Shown: positions 14,366 to 27,700 of the stretch, in pieces
Position numbering within the stretch: position 1 is the first letter of the stretch
Layout of the letters: the number at the start of each line of letters is the position of its first letter
From: the human T2T-CHM13v2.0 reference genome, Homo sapiens
Strand: one strand, 5' to 3'
Length of the DNA stretch: 64,000 nt
NCBI RefSeq assembly: GCF_009914755.1
Contig: NC_060928.1
Notes under the pieces: generated by a model
The model's input: the letters and a program-made list of their open reading frames with translations, nothing else
Databases searched by the model: none
Told to the model about the DNA's origin: nothing
Translations under genes and position numbers: made by a program

Positions 14366-16416
14366 GGATTATGGATTTTTAAGAGGAAAACCACAGAGGT
14401 TAAGTACCATTTTCATCACATCATACAAAGAGTACATATTATCAACATGTCTTATCACTATTGATTATGGCCTTGAGCAGCTGGCTGGAGATAGTGTTTT
14501 TCAGTTTTCTTCACTATAAAGTTACTTTCCTCCTGCCCTGCCCGTCCTATAAATTTTGGAAGGATATCACTGTTCACCACCCACACTTAAAGTGTGGGAA
14601 TCACCCCTGGCCTTCTCAAGGGAGAAATATCTACATAAATTACTTCAAATGTTGTTCAAGAGATTTGTCTATTTTTATTCATTCATATTTTTATTGATAC
14701 ATAATAATTGTACGTATTTATGGAGTACATATGATATTTTGATATATGCATACAGTGAGTAATGAGCAATCAGGATCATTGGAATATCCATCACCTCAAG
14801 CATTTATCATTTCTTTGTGTTGGAAACATTCCACATCTTCTCTTCCAACTCTTTTGTAATACCCACTAAATTTTTGTTAGCTTTTGTCACTCTATTTTGC
14901 TACTGAACACTAGAATTTGTTTATTCTATCTATTTTTGTACCCATTAGCCAACCTCTCTTTATCATCCCTCTCTGAATTACCTCTCTTAGGCTCTTGTAA
15001 TAATCCTTCTACTCTCTGCCATTGAGATAAACTTTTTTACTTCCCATATATGAGTGAGAGCCTCCAATATTTGTCTTTCTATGCCTGGCATTTCACTTAC
15101 CATAACATCCAGCAGTTCCATCCATGTTGCTGCAAATGACAGAATTTTATTCATTTCCATGGCTGAATAATATTCCACTGTGTACATATGCCATATTTAT
15201 TTATCCATTCATCCATTTATGGCCATTTATGTGGCCTCCATAGTTGGATACTATGATGAGTGCTTCAATAAACATGGGAGTGCAGGTATCTCTTCAATAT
15301 ACTGATTTCATTTCATTTGGATATATACCCAGCAATAGGATTGGTAGATCATGTGGTAGATCTATTTTTATTTTTCTGAGGAAACTTCACACTGTTTTTT
15401 ATAGTGGTTGTACTAATTTAGCTTCCTACCAACAATCTACTAGCGTTATCGTTTCTCCACATTATTGCCAGCATTTGATAATCTTTGGGCTTTTTGATAA
15501 TAGTCATGTTAACTGGAGTGAAATGATATCTCATTGTGGTTTTGATTTGCATTTCCCTAATAATTAGTGATGTTGGGCATTTTTTTCATATACCTGTTGG
15601 CCATTTGTATATCTTTTTTTGTGAAATATCTATTCAGATCATTGGCCCATTTAAAAAATTCAATTATTTGTTTTTTTGCTGTTGAGTTGTTTGAAAGTTG
15701 CTTACATATGATGGTTATTATTCCCTCATCAAATTGATAGTTTGCATATATTTTTTCCCATTCTGTAGGTGCCTTTCACTAGGTTGATTGTTTCCTTCGC
15801 TGTGAAGAAGCTATTTAGGTTCATGTTATCCCATTAGTCTGTATTTGATTTTGTCGCCTCTGCTTTTGAGGTTTTACCCAAAAACGCTTTGCCTAGACCA
15901 ATGTCCTGAAGTGATTTAACAGTGTTTTATTCTAGAAGTTTAATAGTTTCATGCGTTTCATTTACACCTTTAATCTATTTTGATTTGATTTTTTGTATAT
16001 GGTGAGATATGTGTAGTTTAATTCTGCACAACAACATCCACTTTTCCTAGTACTATTTATTGAAAAAACTGTTCTCTCCCCAGTGTATCTTCTTGACACC
16101 TTTGTAAAAGATGAGTTGAATTAAATGCCTTGACATCCTTCCGGGTTTCCTGTTCTGTTTCATTGGTCTACGTGTCTGTTTTTGTGCCAGTACCATGTTG
16201 TTTTGTTTACTATAGCTTTGTAGTATATTTTGAAGTCTGATAGTGTGATGCCTCCAGCTTTGTTCCTTTTTTCTCAAGGAAGCTTTGGCTATTCAGAATC
16301 TCTTGTGGTTCCATATGAATTTTAGGGATAGTTTTTCTCTTTCTATGAGGAATGATATTGATATTTGGATGAAAATTGCATTGAATATGTAGATTGTTTA
16401 ACATAATATGGACATT

Positions 16417-19400
16417 ATTTTCAATTTTATTCCTTTCAACTTTTATTTTCAGTTCAGTTGGTGGTACATATGCAGGTTTGTTATGCTGGTAAATTGTGTT
16501 TTGAGGGGGTTTGTTGTACAAATTATTTTGTCACTGAGGTAATAATATAGTACACAACAGGTAGTTTTTTGATACTCACCCTCCTCCCACACTCCACCCT
16601 TGATTTGGCACTGATGCCTGCTGTTTCCGTCTTTGTGTCTATTTGTATGCAGTGTTTAGCTCCCACTTGTGAGAATATGCAGTTTTTGGTTTTCTGTTCC
16701 TGCATTAATTTGCTTAGGAAAATGACCTATAACTTCATTCATGTTGTAGCAAAGGACATGATTTCATTCTTTTTAATGGCTGCTTAGTATTCCATAATGT
16801 GTATGTACCATGTTTTCTTTATCCAGTTCATCACTGATGGGCATCTAGGTTGATTCTATGTCTTTGCTATTGTGAATAGTGCTGTAATGAAAATGCATGT
16901 GCATGTGTCTTTATAGTGGAACCATTTATATTCCGTTGAGTACATACCTAGTAATGAGACTACTGAGTCGAATGGTAGTGCTGTTTAAAGTTCCTTGAAA
17001 AATCTTTAAACTGCTTTCCACAGCAGCTGAAATAATTTACATTCCCACGGGCACTCTATGTGTTCCCTTTTCTTTGCAACCTTGCCAACATCTGATATTT
17101 TTTGACTTTTTAATAATAAACATTCTGACTGCTGTGAGATGGTATCTCACTGTGGTTTTGATTTGCATTTATCTAATGATTATTGATGTTGACCATTTTT
17201 TCATGTTTCTTGGCTACTTGTATGTCTTCTTTTGAGAAGTGTCTGCTCATGTCCTTCACCTACTTTTAAATGGTGATACTTGCTTTTTGCTTGCTGATTT
17301 GTTTAAGTTCCTTATAGATGCTGGATATTAGACCTTTGCTGGAAGTATGTTTGTCAAATATTTTCTCTTATCCTTTACGTTGTCTGTTTACTGTTGATAG
17401 TTTCTTTTGTGGTGCAGAGGCTGTTTAGTTTAATTAGGTACCACTTATCAATTTTTTTTTGTTGCAATTGCTTTTGAAGACTTTCTCATGAAATCTTTAA
17501 CAGAGCCAAAATACAGAATGGTACTTCCTAGGTTATCTTCCAGGGATTTTATAGTTGTAGGTTTTATATTTAAGTCTTTAATCTGTCTTGAGTTGATTAT
17601 TGTATATGGTGAAAGGAAGGGGTCCAGTTTCAATCTTCTGCATAGCCAGTTATCCCAGCATCATTTATCGATTAGGGAATCCTTTCTTTGTTGCTTTTTA
17701 TTGTCAGCTCTGTTGAAATAAGATGGTGGTGGGTGTGTGGTTTTATTTTTGATTCTCTAATCTGTCCCGTTGGTATATATATCTGTTTTTATACCAGTAC
17801 CATGCTGATTTGGTTACTGTAGCCTTGTAAGTATAGTTTGAATTTAAGTAGTGTGATGCCTACAGTTTTGTTCTTTTTGTTTGGGATTGCTTTGTCTATT
17901 TGGGCTCTGTTTAGGTTCCATATAAATTTTAGATTTTTTTTCCAATTTCATAAAAAATGTCTTTTTAAAAATGTGTTTGCAACAGCTCTGATTTATTTCA
18001 GCAGTTCTTTGTAATTCTAATTGTCTAGATCTTTCACCTCCCTGGTTAGCAGTATTCCTAGGTATTTTATTCCTTTTGTGACTATTGTGGACGGGATTAC
18101 ATTCTTGATTTGGCTGCCAGCTTTGACATTATTAATGTATAGAAATGTTACTGATTTTTGTATAATACATGGATTTTGTATCATGAAACTTTGCTGAAGT
18201 TGTTTATCAGAGCTAGGAGTTTTTGGGCAGAGACTATTGGCTTTTCTAGGTATGAATCGTATCAACTGTGAAAAGAAATAGTTTGACTACCTCTCTTCCT
18301 ATTTGGATACCTTTTATTTCTTTCTCTTGCCTGATTGCTCTGGGTAGAACAACCAGTATTATGTTGAATCGGAGTGGTGAGAAAGGACATCCTTGTCTTG
18401 TTTTGGTTCTCAAGGAGAATGCTTCCAGCGTTTTCATGTTCAGTATGGGGTTGGCTGTGAGTATGTCATAGATAGCTCTTATTATTTTGAGGTGTTTCTT
18501 CGATGACTAGTTTGTCAAGGGTTTTTAACATGAAGGGATGTTGAATTTTACTGAAAGCCTTTTCTGCGTTTATTGAGAAGATCATGTGGTTTTGTTTATA
18601 TTTCTGTTTATGTGATGATTCACATTTATTGATTTGGGTATGTTGAACCAGCTTTGTATCCCAGGAATAAGGCCTATGTGATCGTGGTGGATTAGTTATT
18701 TGATGTGCTGTTGGATTCTCTTGGCTATTATTTTGCTAATAATTTTTTCCTTCTATGTTCATCAGGTATATTGGCCTGAAGTTCTATTTATTTTTTATTG
18801 TGCCTTTGCCAGGTTTTATGTATCCCAATGATGCTGGCCTCATAGAATGAGTTAGAGAAGAGTTCCTCCTTGATTTTTTTGAATAGTTACAGTAGGACTC
18901 ATACCAGCTCTTCTTTACATGTCTATTGAAATTTATCTCTGAATCCATCTGGTCGATGTCTTTTTCTTCTTAATAAGTTTTTAAAAATTACCTATTCTTT
19001 TTTGGAAGACATTATTAGCCTGTTCAGCATTTCAATTTCTTGATTCAATCTTAGGAGGATGTATGTTTCCAGGAATGTATCAGTTTCCTCTAGGTTTTAT
19101 GGTTTGTGTGCAAATAGGTTGTTATAATAGTCTTTGAGGGTTTTTTTTTTTTTTTGTATTTCTGTGGAGTTGGTGGTGATGTCCCCATTAGCATTGTGTA
19201 TATTTGGATCTTCTCTCTTTTTTCCCTTTATTATTCTAGCTAGTGGTGTATCAATCTTATATGTTCTATCAGAGAACCAACTTCTGGTTTATTTGATTTT
19301 TTGCATGATTTTTTTTTCTCATCTCCATTTTGCTCAGTTCAACTCTGGTTTTGGTTATTTCATTTCTTTTGGTAGCTTTGGGATTTATTTGCTCTTGTTT

Positions 19401-22400
19401 TTCTAATTCCCCTAGCTGTGATTTTAGGTTGTTAATTTGAGATACAACTTTTTGGTGTGTGTAATGCTGTAAACATTCCTTGTAACACTGCTTTAGTTGT
19501 ATCCTAGAGATCCTGGTTGTAGTATCTCTGTTTTAATTTATTTCAAAGAATTTCTTGATTTCTGCCTTAATTTCATTGTTTACCCAAAAGTCATTCAGGA
19601 GCAGATTGCTAAATTTCCATATAATTATGTAGTTTTGAGATATCTTCTTGTTTGTATTTTTGACAGTATGGTCCAAAAATGTGGTTGGTATGATTTTTTT
19701 TTAATTTCTTGAGAATTATTTTATGGCCCAGTGTGTGATTGATTTTAGAGCATATGACATGTGCAATTAAGAAGAGTGTATATTCCACTGTGGTTGGGTG
19801 AACAGTTGTGTAGATGTCTGTTAGGTCCCTTTGGTCAAGTATTAAGTTTAGGTCCTGAATGTTTTTATTAGTTTTCTGCCTGAATAATCTGTCCAATATT
19901 GTTAGTGGGGTGTTGAAGACTTCTGCTATTTTTGTGTGTTTATCTAAGTCTCTTTATAGGTCTCTAAGAATTTATTTTATAAATCTGGGTTCTCCAGTGT
20001 TGGGTGCATATATATTTAGGATAGTTAAGTCATCTTGTTAAACTGAACCCTTTATCATTGTGAAATGATAAAGAAATGCCCTTCTTTTTCTTTTTTGATC
20101 ACTATTGGCTTAAAGTTTGCTTTGTCTAACGTAAGAATAGACCCCTGTTCTTTTTTGTTTTCCATTTTCTTGGTAGATCTTTCTTTATCCCTTTACTTTG
20201 AGCCTATGGGTGTCATTGCATGTTGATGGGTCTCCCGAAGACACCATACAGTTGGGTCTTACTTCTGAATCCGTCTTGCTACTCTGTACCTTTTAATTGG
20301 GGCATTTACCCCATTTACATTCAAGGTTAACATTAATATGCACAGATTTGATCCTGTCATCATGTTTGTAGGTGGCTATTATGCAGATGTCATTGTGTAG
20401 TTCCTTTACGTTAATTGTCCATGTACTTAAGTGTGTTTATGTGGTGGCCAGTAAAAGTCTTATTTCCATGTTTACACCCCCTCAAAGACCTTTTATAAGA
20501 CAAGTCTGGTAGTGAAAATTTCCTTAGCATTTTCTTACCTGAAAAGGATTTTATTTAGACTTCACTTATGAAGCTTGGTATGGCTGGATATGAAATTCTT
20601 ATGTAGAATTTATTCTCTTTACGAATTGCTGAATATAGGCCCCCAATCTTATCTGGCTTATAGGATTTCTGCTGAAAGGTCTGATATTAGCCTGATGGAG
20701 TTTCCTTTGTCAGTGACCTGCCACTTCTCTCTAGCTGCCTTTAATATTTCTTCTTTCATATTGACCTTAGTCAATTTAATGAATATATGTCTTGGCGGTG
20801 GTTGTCTTGTATAGTACCTCACAGGGGTTTTCTGAATTTCCTGGGATTTGAATGTTGACATATCTAGCAAGGTTGGGAAAATTTTCATGGATAATATACT
20901 CAAATATGTTTTGTATGTTTCTAGCTCTTTCTCCCTCTCTTTCAGGGACACTAATAAGTCATAGGTTTGGTCTCTAAGTCATCTCACATTTCTCAGAGGT
21001 TTCATTCATTTTTAAAAATTTGTTTTTACTTTTTTCTGACTGAGTTAATTTGAACAACGATTCTTTCACCTCTGAGCTTCTTTCCTCAGCTTGGTCTATA
21101 CTTCTATTAATACTTCCGATTGTGTTATGAAATCTTGTAGTGAGTTTTTTACTTCTATAAGATCAATTTGGCTCTTTCTTAAAATGGATATTTTATTTTG
21201 CTGATAATGAATTAGTAAAATGAAATCATTTTACTGTATCCCTTAAATTCCTTGTGTTGGGATTCAACTTTTTATTGAATCTTGGTAATGTGTACTGACA
21301 GCTAGAATCTGAATTTTATGTCTCTTATTTCAGACATTTCATTCTGGTTAAGAACCACTTCTGGGTAGCTAGTGCAGTCATTTGGAGGTAAGAAGACACT
21401 CTGGGTTGTTAGGGTTCTTGCACTGGTTCTTTCTCATCTGTGTGGGCTGATGTTCCTTTAAGTGTGGTGTAATTTGGGTATACTCAGTTGGCTTCATTTC
21501 TGGATGTTTTCAGAGGGCTGAGACTTTGTGCAGATACTTTATTTGTAGCTGAATTCTTGCCCTTGTTTTCACTTAGGAGTAAACTAGCAAGGTATTTTTG
21601 GTGTTGTAGTTTGGGCTTGCAATCTAGTAGACACTGCTTAAGCATAATGGCCAGTAAGTAGGCTCTTACTCAGCAGTAAGTAGGCTCTCACTCAGCTGCA
21701 TGGCTCCTTTATATTTCTTCCTGTTTGCAGCTGTGCTGTCTCAGTGCTCTGAGAATGTGAATTCCTCTTTTAATCAAATGCTAGCCAAAGATCTCAGCCT
21801 GTCACTCCAGCTTTTGCACCACAGCCCTAGCATAAGTTCAGGCATTTTGTTCCCTCCTCAGCTTGGGGGTAGCAGGGCTGGGGACCCTGACAGTAACAAT
21901 GGCTAAGGGCTTGTCACTTATCTCTGGGAGCTCCATCCATAGTAATGCAGAGCCACTGCCAATCAGAATGATCAGCTTGGGGTGAGGTAGCTGCCAGAAG
22001 GGCCCAAGCCAGGGGGCACTGCCTGGTGAATAGTGAGGAGAGGGGCTTGCAGGGAAGACAGTGTGGCCTCTTCTCCATAGGGCAGCTGTGGCATGGTGGA
22101 GGTACAAGTAAAGCACTCAGGGTCTTCATTCCTTCTCCAGCCTGGTGGCAAAAAGAGCTGGCACCATTGCAGTGGCAGTGATAGAGGAGCTCTCAGTTGC
22201 CTCTGGCAATTCCACCTTGGAGTGACACAGAGCTGCCGCCAATGGGAATGTTCAGCTGGGTGTGGGATGGCTTTGCTGTGGGCCCAAAGTGGAGGCCCTC
22301 CCTGGTCAAGAGCAGGGGGTTGGGGGATCAAAGGGAGGAGAGACTGGGCTTCTCTTTGTATGGCAGCTGTGGTGTGCTGGAGGTGCAAATAAAATGAGCA

Positions 22401-23412
22401 GGGTCTTTGTTCTTTCCCCAGGCCAAGAGTAACAAGGACAGTACTGCTGGAGCAGAAATGACAGAGGGTCTGTTGACTGTCTCTGGGAACTCCACCCCAG
22501 AGAAATGCAGAGCCACCATCAACCAAAGTGTTCAGGTGTCAGTAGGGTGGCTATACCAGGGGCCCAGGTCAGGAGGCCCTGCCCAGTGAGAAGTAGCAGG
22601 GGCAGGGATTCACACGGGAAATTGTCTGGCTGCTTTTCTATAAGGCAGCTGCGGAATGCTGGAGGTCTGCAACAGTCCTTCAGCTCTTTGCTCCCTCCCC
22701 AGCCTGAGGGCAGTAGGGGCAGGGGTTATGGCAGCAGCAGAAGCTGTGTGCATGTCAATTACCTCTGGGAGCTCCATCCTAGAGAAATGCGGAACTGTGA
22801 CCAGCTTGAGTGCTAAAAGGGGGTGGGGAAACTGTGCTGGAGTCCCAGACCAGTGGTTTTTTTCTGGCAAGGTGCAATGGGGGCAAAGACTGTAGTCCAT
22901 CCACTCTTCAGCACTGTGGATGAGGCCTCTATTCTGCGGGCACACAACATAGCCTGTCCTTCCTTTTGGCAGAGCTATGGCAGCTGGTGCTGAGGTGCTC
23001 AGGAATCCAAGGCCTTTGGGGCTCTATGTGGCCCTGAGTGGTGGGGCTGCCCATACTCCATGCAACTCTCCCTGTCAGTGTGGAGGCTCCAGTGAAGGGG
23101 TGGTTAATGGAGATCTTCTGTGGCCAGGGCTGCAAAGATCCATGGCAGAAGTTTGGGTCTTTGGGAGCTCTCACCTACTCAAACTTTCCCAGCAGTGGGG
23201 AGCCTCCCTTGACTCTGTGCCAGTCCAAGTGGGTGGCTGTCCTGCCTTGCTCCTCTCTGCTCTCTGTGGGTTGTCATTGCTTGCTTGCTGAATCCCACCA
23301 TGCCCCCCTGAACAATCCATTTGAAGAGCTAGTGTTTATTCAATAATCTGTCTCCTCTCCATGAGAACAGTGCAAACTCGCTGCTTCTAGTCATCCATCT
23401 GGTGGGAGTGTC
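16417..23412 (-). mobile_element. Near full-length (~7 kb) L1PA15/16-type element, inactivated
   Basis: 3'UTR at 16435-16720; RT remnant 18246-18437 ([10 protein letters not shown]..., FADD motif mutated to FTVD); EN remnant 19609-19896; ORF1p remnant 20658-20951 (PRHIFIKLTKVNMKEEILKAAREK); GC-rich 5'UTR at ~21.6-23.4 kb; TSD tggacatt / tggatatt (16409-16416, 23413-23420). Confidence 0.92.
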
Positions 23413-24529
23413 TGGATATTTTAACAATATTAATAATTTCAACCCATGAACATGGGATATCTTCCCATTTTTGTGTCTTCTTCAATTTCTTTCATCAACA
23501 CTTTATAGTTTACATTGTAGAGATGTTTTACTTCTTCAGTCAAGTTTATTCCTAGGTATTTATTTTGTAGTTATTGTAAGTTGGATAGCTTCTTGACTTT
23601 TTTTCAGATAGTTTGCTGTTGGTGTATAGAAAAGATATTGACTTTTGTATATTGATTTTGTATCCCATAATGTTACTGAATTTATCAGTTCTAATAGATT
23701 TTTTAGTCGAATCTTTAGGTTTTTCTAAATATAGGATCATGTCATCTGCAACAATAATAATTTAACTTTTTCTTTCCAGATTGGATAACCTTTATTCCTT
23801 TATCTTTTCAAATTGCTCTGGTTAGGACTTCCAGTACTATGTTAAATAACAGAGGTAAAGTAAGCATCCTTGTCTACTTTCTGTTGTCTAATAGCTGTTC
23901 TAGATATTAGAGGAAAGGCCTTCTATTTTTCCTCGTTCAGTATGATATTAGTTGTGAGTTTGTCATATACGGTCTATATTGCTTTGAAGTATATGCCTTC
24001 TATACCCAGAGTTTTGAGAATTTTTATCATGATGGATGCTAAATTTTATTAAATGCTTTTTAAAAATTATATTTAAATAAGCATAAGACTTATTTTCTTG
24101 ATTTTGTTAATATATCATGTTTATTTGTGTACGTTGAACCAACTTTCTTTGCATCCTTGAGATACATCCTACTTGATCATGATTGATAAACTTTTTAATG
24201 TAACGTTGAATTCAGTTTGCTAGTATTTTGTGGAGGATTTTTGCCTCTATGTTTTTAAGGGATATTGACCTGATATTTTCTCCTTTTGTTGTGTGCTTGC
24301 CTGATTTTGTTATAATGGTAATTCTAGCTTCATAAAATGAGTTTGGAAGTAACCCTCCCTTTTCAATCTTTTGAAACAGTTTGAGTAGAATCTAGTATTG
24401 GCTCTTCTTTAAATGTTTGGTAGAATTAAGTAGTAAGCCAATCACGTTCTGGGCTTTTCTTTGATAGCATATGTTTTGTTACTGCTTCGATCTCATTACT
24501 TGTTGTTGGTCTGTACAGGTTTATTTTTT

Positions 24530-24700
24530 ATGTGATTTTTATATATAGAAAACTCGACAGTGTACATTTAATCCAGTTTAATGGCAAGTTATTCATCCTT
24601 TACCTTTTCCAACTTGGCAATGTGAGCCACAGATTTTGGACCCAGGACATTCCCTCCCCAGTGACAGCAGATCTTATCATATCTGCCATTGTAATTGTTC
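24530..24700 (-). pseudogene. RPL7A: Processed pseudogene fragment of ribosomal protein L7a (last ~43 codons plus start of 3'UTR)
   Basis: Minus-strand 24699-24568 translates as [42 protein letters not shown]. The recalled human RPL7A C-terminus is [43 protein letters not shown] (31/43 identical). It is followed by RPL7A-like 3'UTR 'atgtacactgtcgagttttct'; premature stop at 24591-24589. Confidence 0.93.
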
Positions 24701-27700
24701 ATCTTCTGTCTTCAAGCTCACTTTTTTCTCTGTCTGATCAATTCTGCTATTGAAATTTTCTAATGAGTTTTTCAATTTAACTATTGTATTATTTATTTCT
24801 TGGATTTTTAAAAATTGTTTCTATTTGTCAAATGTATTATTTTGTTCTTGAATTTTGTTTCAAATTTTCTTTTGTTTTCTGTTCACATATATTTTTTTGC
24901 AATTCACTAAAATTCATTAAGGGGAATATTCTGAATTATCTCTCTGACATTTTACAGATTTTCAATTCTTCTGGGTCCATTGCTGGAGCTTCATTGGTTT
25001 ATTTTGGTGGTGGTGTCACATGATCCTGGATTTTTTCAGTGTTTGCATTTTTGCATTGATTCTTGTGCATTTGAGGAGACAGACATCTCCTCCAGATTTT
25101 TTAGGTGTTCTTTTGTGATGTTAGACCTTTAATAATTAATATTGAGATTTAAATGCTGACTTGTTGTTTCTTTTAATTCTGGGAAGACTTACTGTGAACA
25201 GTGGAACTAAAATGCTGCATTGGAACTTACTGCCCTGCCATTCTTTTCTGATCCGGGGTGACTTAAGCAGGCACTGTATTTTAATACTGACCTTTCAGCT
25301 TATTCTTGGTCAGTAGAAGGCTTCCCACAAACATCTGGGCTTTATGGAAAATCTGGCCAGGGATTTGGGTCTTGCCATGGATTGTGCTTCCTGACACACT
25401 ACAGGACTGGACAGCCTCTTCAATGTGGTATCCCCACTGATCAGAGTGCAGAGTAGCTGTCGAGATTCACATGCCTATTGCTGTGATTAGTACCTGCTCT
25501 TTGTCTTGCATTCACTCCAGTTGGTTCAGTCCTCCTGACACTCTCAGTGATTCCCGTAGGATAGGACCAGAGTGGGCTTCCCACAAAAACTCTAAGACCA
25601 ATGGGAAAATTAAACTCCACCTCCAATTCCCGCCTGCCATCTCAAAAACATGGGTCTAGTTAAATTATGTGTAAGTGGCATTAGGCTGGCCTGGGGAAAG
25701 GGTGGCACAGTTTGAAATGACCATTCGTGCGATTAGTCATGGCTTGTTTTAATCCTGTGGGCACAGGGGTTTCTTTGCTTCTCCCTTGAGCTCTAGTGAA
25801 CGCTAGTGGTATTCTTGTCTTTGTGTAGTTTCCAGTTGTATTTTTTTTGGGGGGGATTGATGCTTAGAAATCTTCTTTTCCACCATTTTGTTGACATCGT
25901 TCCACAAACCTACATCTGTTTATTTGCTCTTTTATGTCAGTATGAAATAATGAATATGTTCTATATTTTTGGTTATAATCTAATATTTAATTCTGTTGTT
26001 CTGTTTTCTAACTTTGTTCAATGGAAATTCTTGCAATTAGCCTCAGTGTCCCTTTGACAAAGCACTATCAGTGTGCGTGTGTGTGTGACTGTGTGTAGCA
26101 AATCATTACTTTCCGGCACTACAGGATGTGTCAGCCTCTCTTGTATATTTCTTGACCCAGTCTTAGAATCAGTCATTTACCCAAAAAGCCACAGTTCCTT
26201 TTATTATACAATGATATTAAGAGACAATATCTGACTGCCATCTGTGCTTACAGCTACTGGGATATCCTTGCTTCTAAGCATTGTCAGCTGACAGAGAAAG
26301 GAATATTATGTGTGACAGAGAAAGGAATACTAAACTCAGTATATACAAAAACTACACATATTTTTACATGTATCTGTATTTATATTAAGCTACACATAAG
26401 TTCATATTGATGACCTAAATTCTGATCTAATACCACAAGGAACATTCTATCTTTCTCCTCTTGTTTATTTGCAATCTTCAACTCCAAAAGAGAAAAATCT
26501 GGCTCTCTCCATTTACCATCCATTTACTGATTTGTTCAATACATATAGTAGTGTTATGACTGTTCATGCACACTGCCATAGAAAAAAATATCAGCTAGAA
26601 TACAGAGGTCATGTCTAATTTTTTTTTCTAAATGTTGTAGTCTTCACTCATTTCCCAAGTTACTCAGGCCAACACCCTGACCCACACCACTTCATTAAGG
26701 TTATTTCATGAAATTTTAATACAATTAGATAGTTTTTTCACATTCTTCATTTTATCCTGGATCCTCTTATTGCAAATGTTTTTCCTTTTTAAAAATATTT
26801 TATATGTTGAAATTCAAACCAGAGTTTCACTCTTTATGCTCCAATTCTATGAATTTTAATAAATACATTGTGTCATGTATCCACACTTTCAGTATCATAG
26901 ATAATAATTCACAACCCCCGACATTTTCATTTGTTTCAACTGTTTATCTTTTCTTCCAACTGAAAACCTGGTATACATTGAGCTGTCTGGTCATTTAACT
27001 ATATTAAGTCTTCTGATCCATGAGCATGGGATGTTTTTCCATTTGTTTGAGTTAACTAAAATTTATTTTGTCCATATTCTAGTTTTTTCTTATACAGATC
27101 TTTCACTTCCTTGTTAGGATTTTTTTTTTTGTAGCTATTGTAAATGGAATTGATTTCTTGATTTAATTCTCACTTTGATCACTATTAATGTATGGAAATG
27201 CTACTGATTTGTGTACATTGTTTTTTGTATCCTGAAATTGAATGCATTTCGCAAATTTAAGAATTTTCTGGAGAAGTCTTTAGGGTTTTCCAAGTATAAG
27301 ATTATTTTATTAGCAAACATATAATTTGACTTCCTCTTTTCCAATATGGATGACTTTTATTGCCTTTTCTTGACTGATTACTCTGGCTAGGACTTCCATT
27401 ACTATTTTGAATAGGAATGGTGAAAGTGGACATCCTTGTCTTGTACCAATTCTTATAAGGAATGCTTTAATTTTTCCCCTTCCAGTATGATGTCAGCTGT
27501 GGGTTTGTTGTATATAGCCTTCATTATTTTGAGGTATATTCTTTTTATACCTAGTTTTTGCGGGTTTTCATTATGAAAGAATGCTCAGTTTTATCAAATG
27601 CTATTTCTGTATCTATTGAAATAACCATATGGTTTTTAACCTTAATTCTGTTAATGTGATAAATCACATTTTTAATTTGTATATGTTAAATCATCCTTGC

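Larger units (their letters stand above)
14687..25900 (-). mobile_element. L1MA4-type element (pieces 14687-16416, 23413-24529, 24701-25900)
   Basis: L1MA4-type 3'UTR 'ttattgatacataat...atatccatcacctcaagcatttatcatttctttgtgttgg'; ORF2 is collinear across the L1PA insertion; 5' end 'ccaccattttgttgacatc' at ~25880-25900. Confidence 0.8.

Noticed and set aside
21700-23346. Dense cluster of long overlapping ORFs (up to 184 aa) on both strands
   Set aside because: It lies in the GC-rich L1PA15 5'UTR, where stop codons are rare; the repeated peptide motifs reflect the 280-bp monomers.
16417-23412. Potentially active full-length L1
   Set aside because: ORF1 and ORF2 are broken by many stops and frameshifts, and the RT catalytic FADD motif reads FTVD.
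26289-26329. 17-bp direct repeat tgacagagaaaggaata
   Set aside because: Ordinary slippage duplication within the L1 3'UTR with no functional hint.
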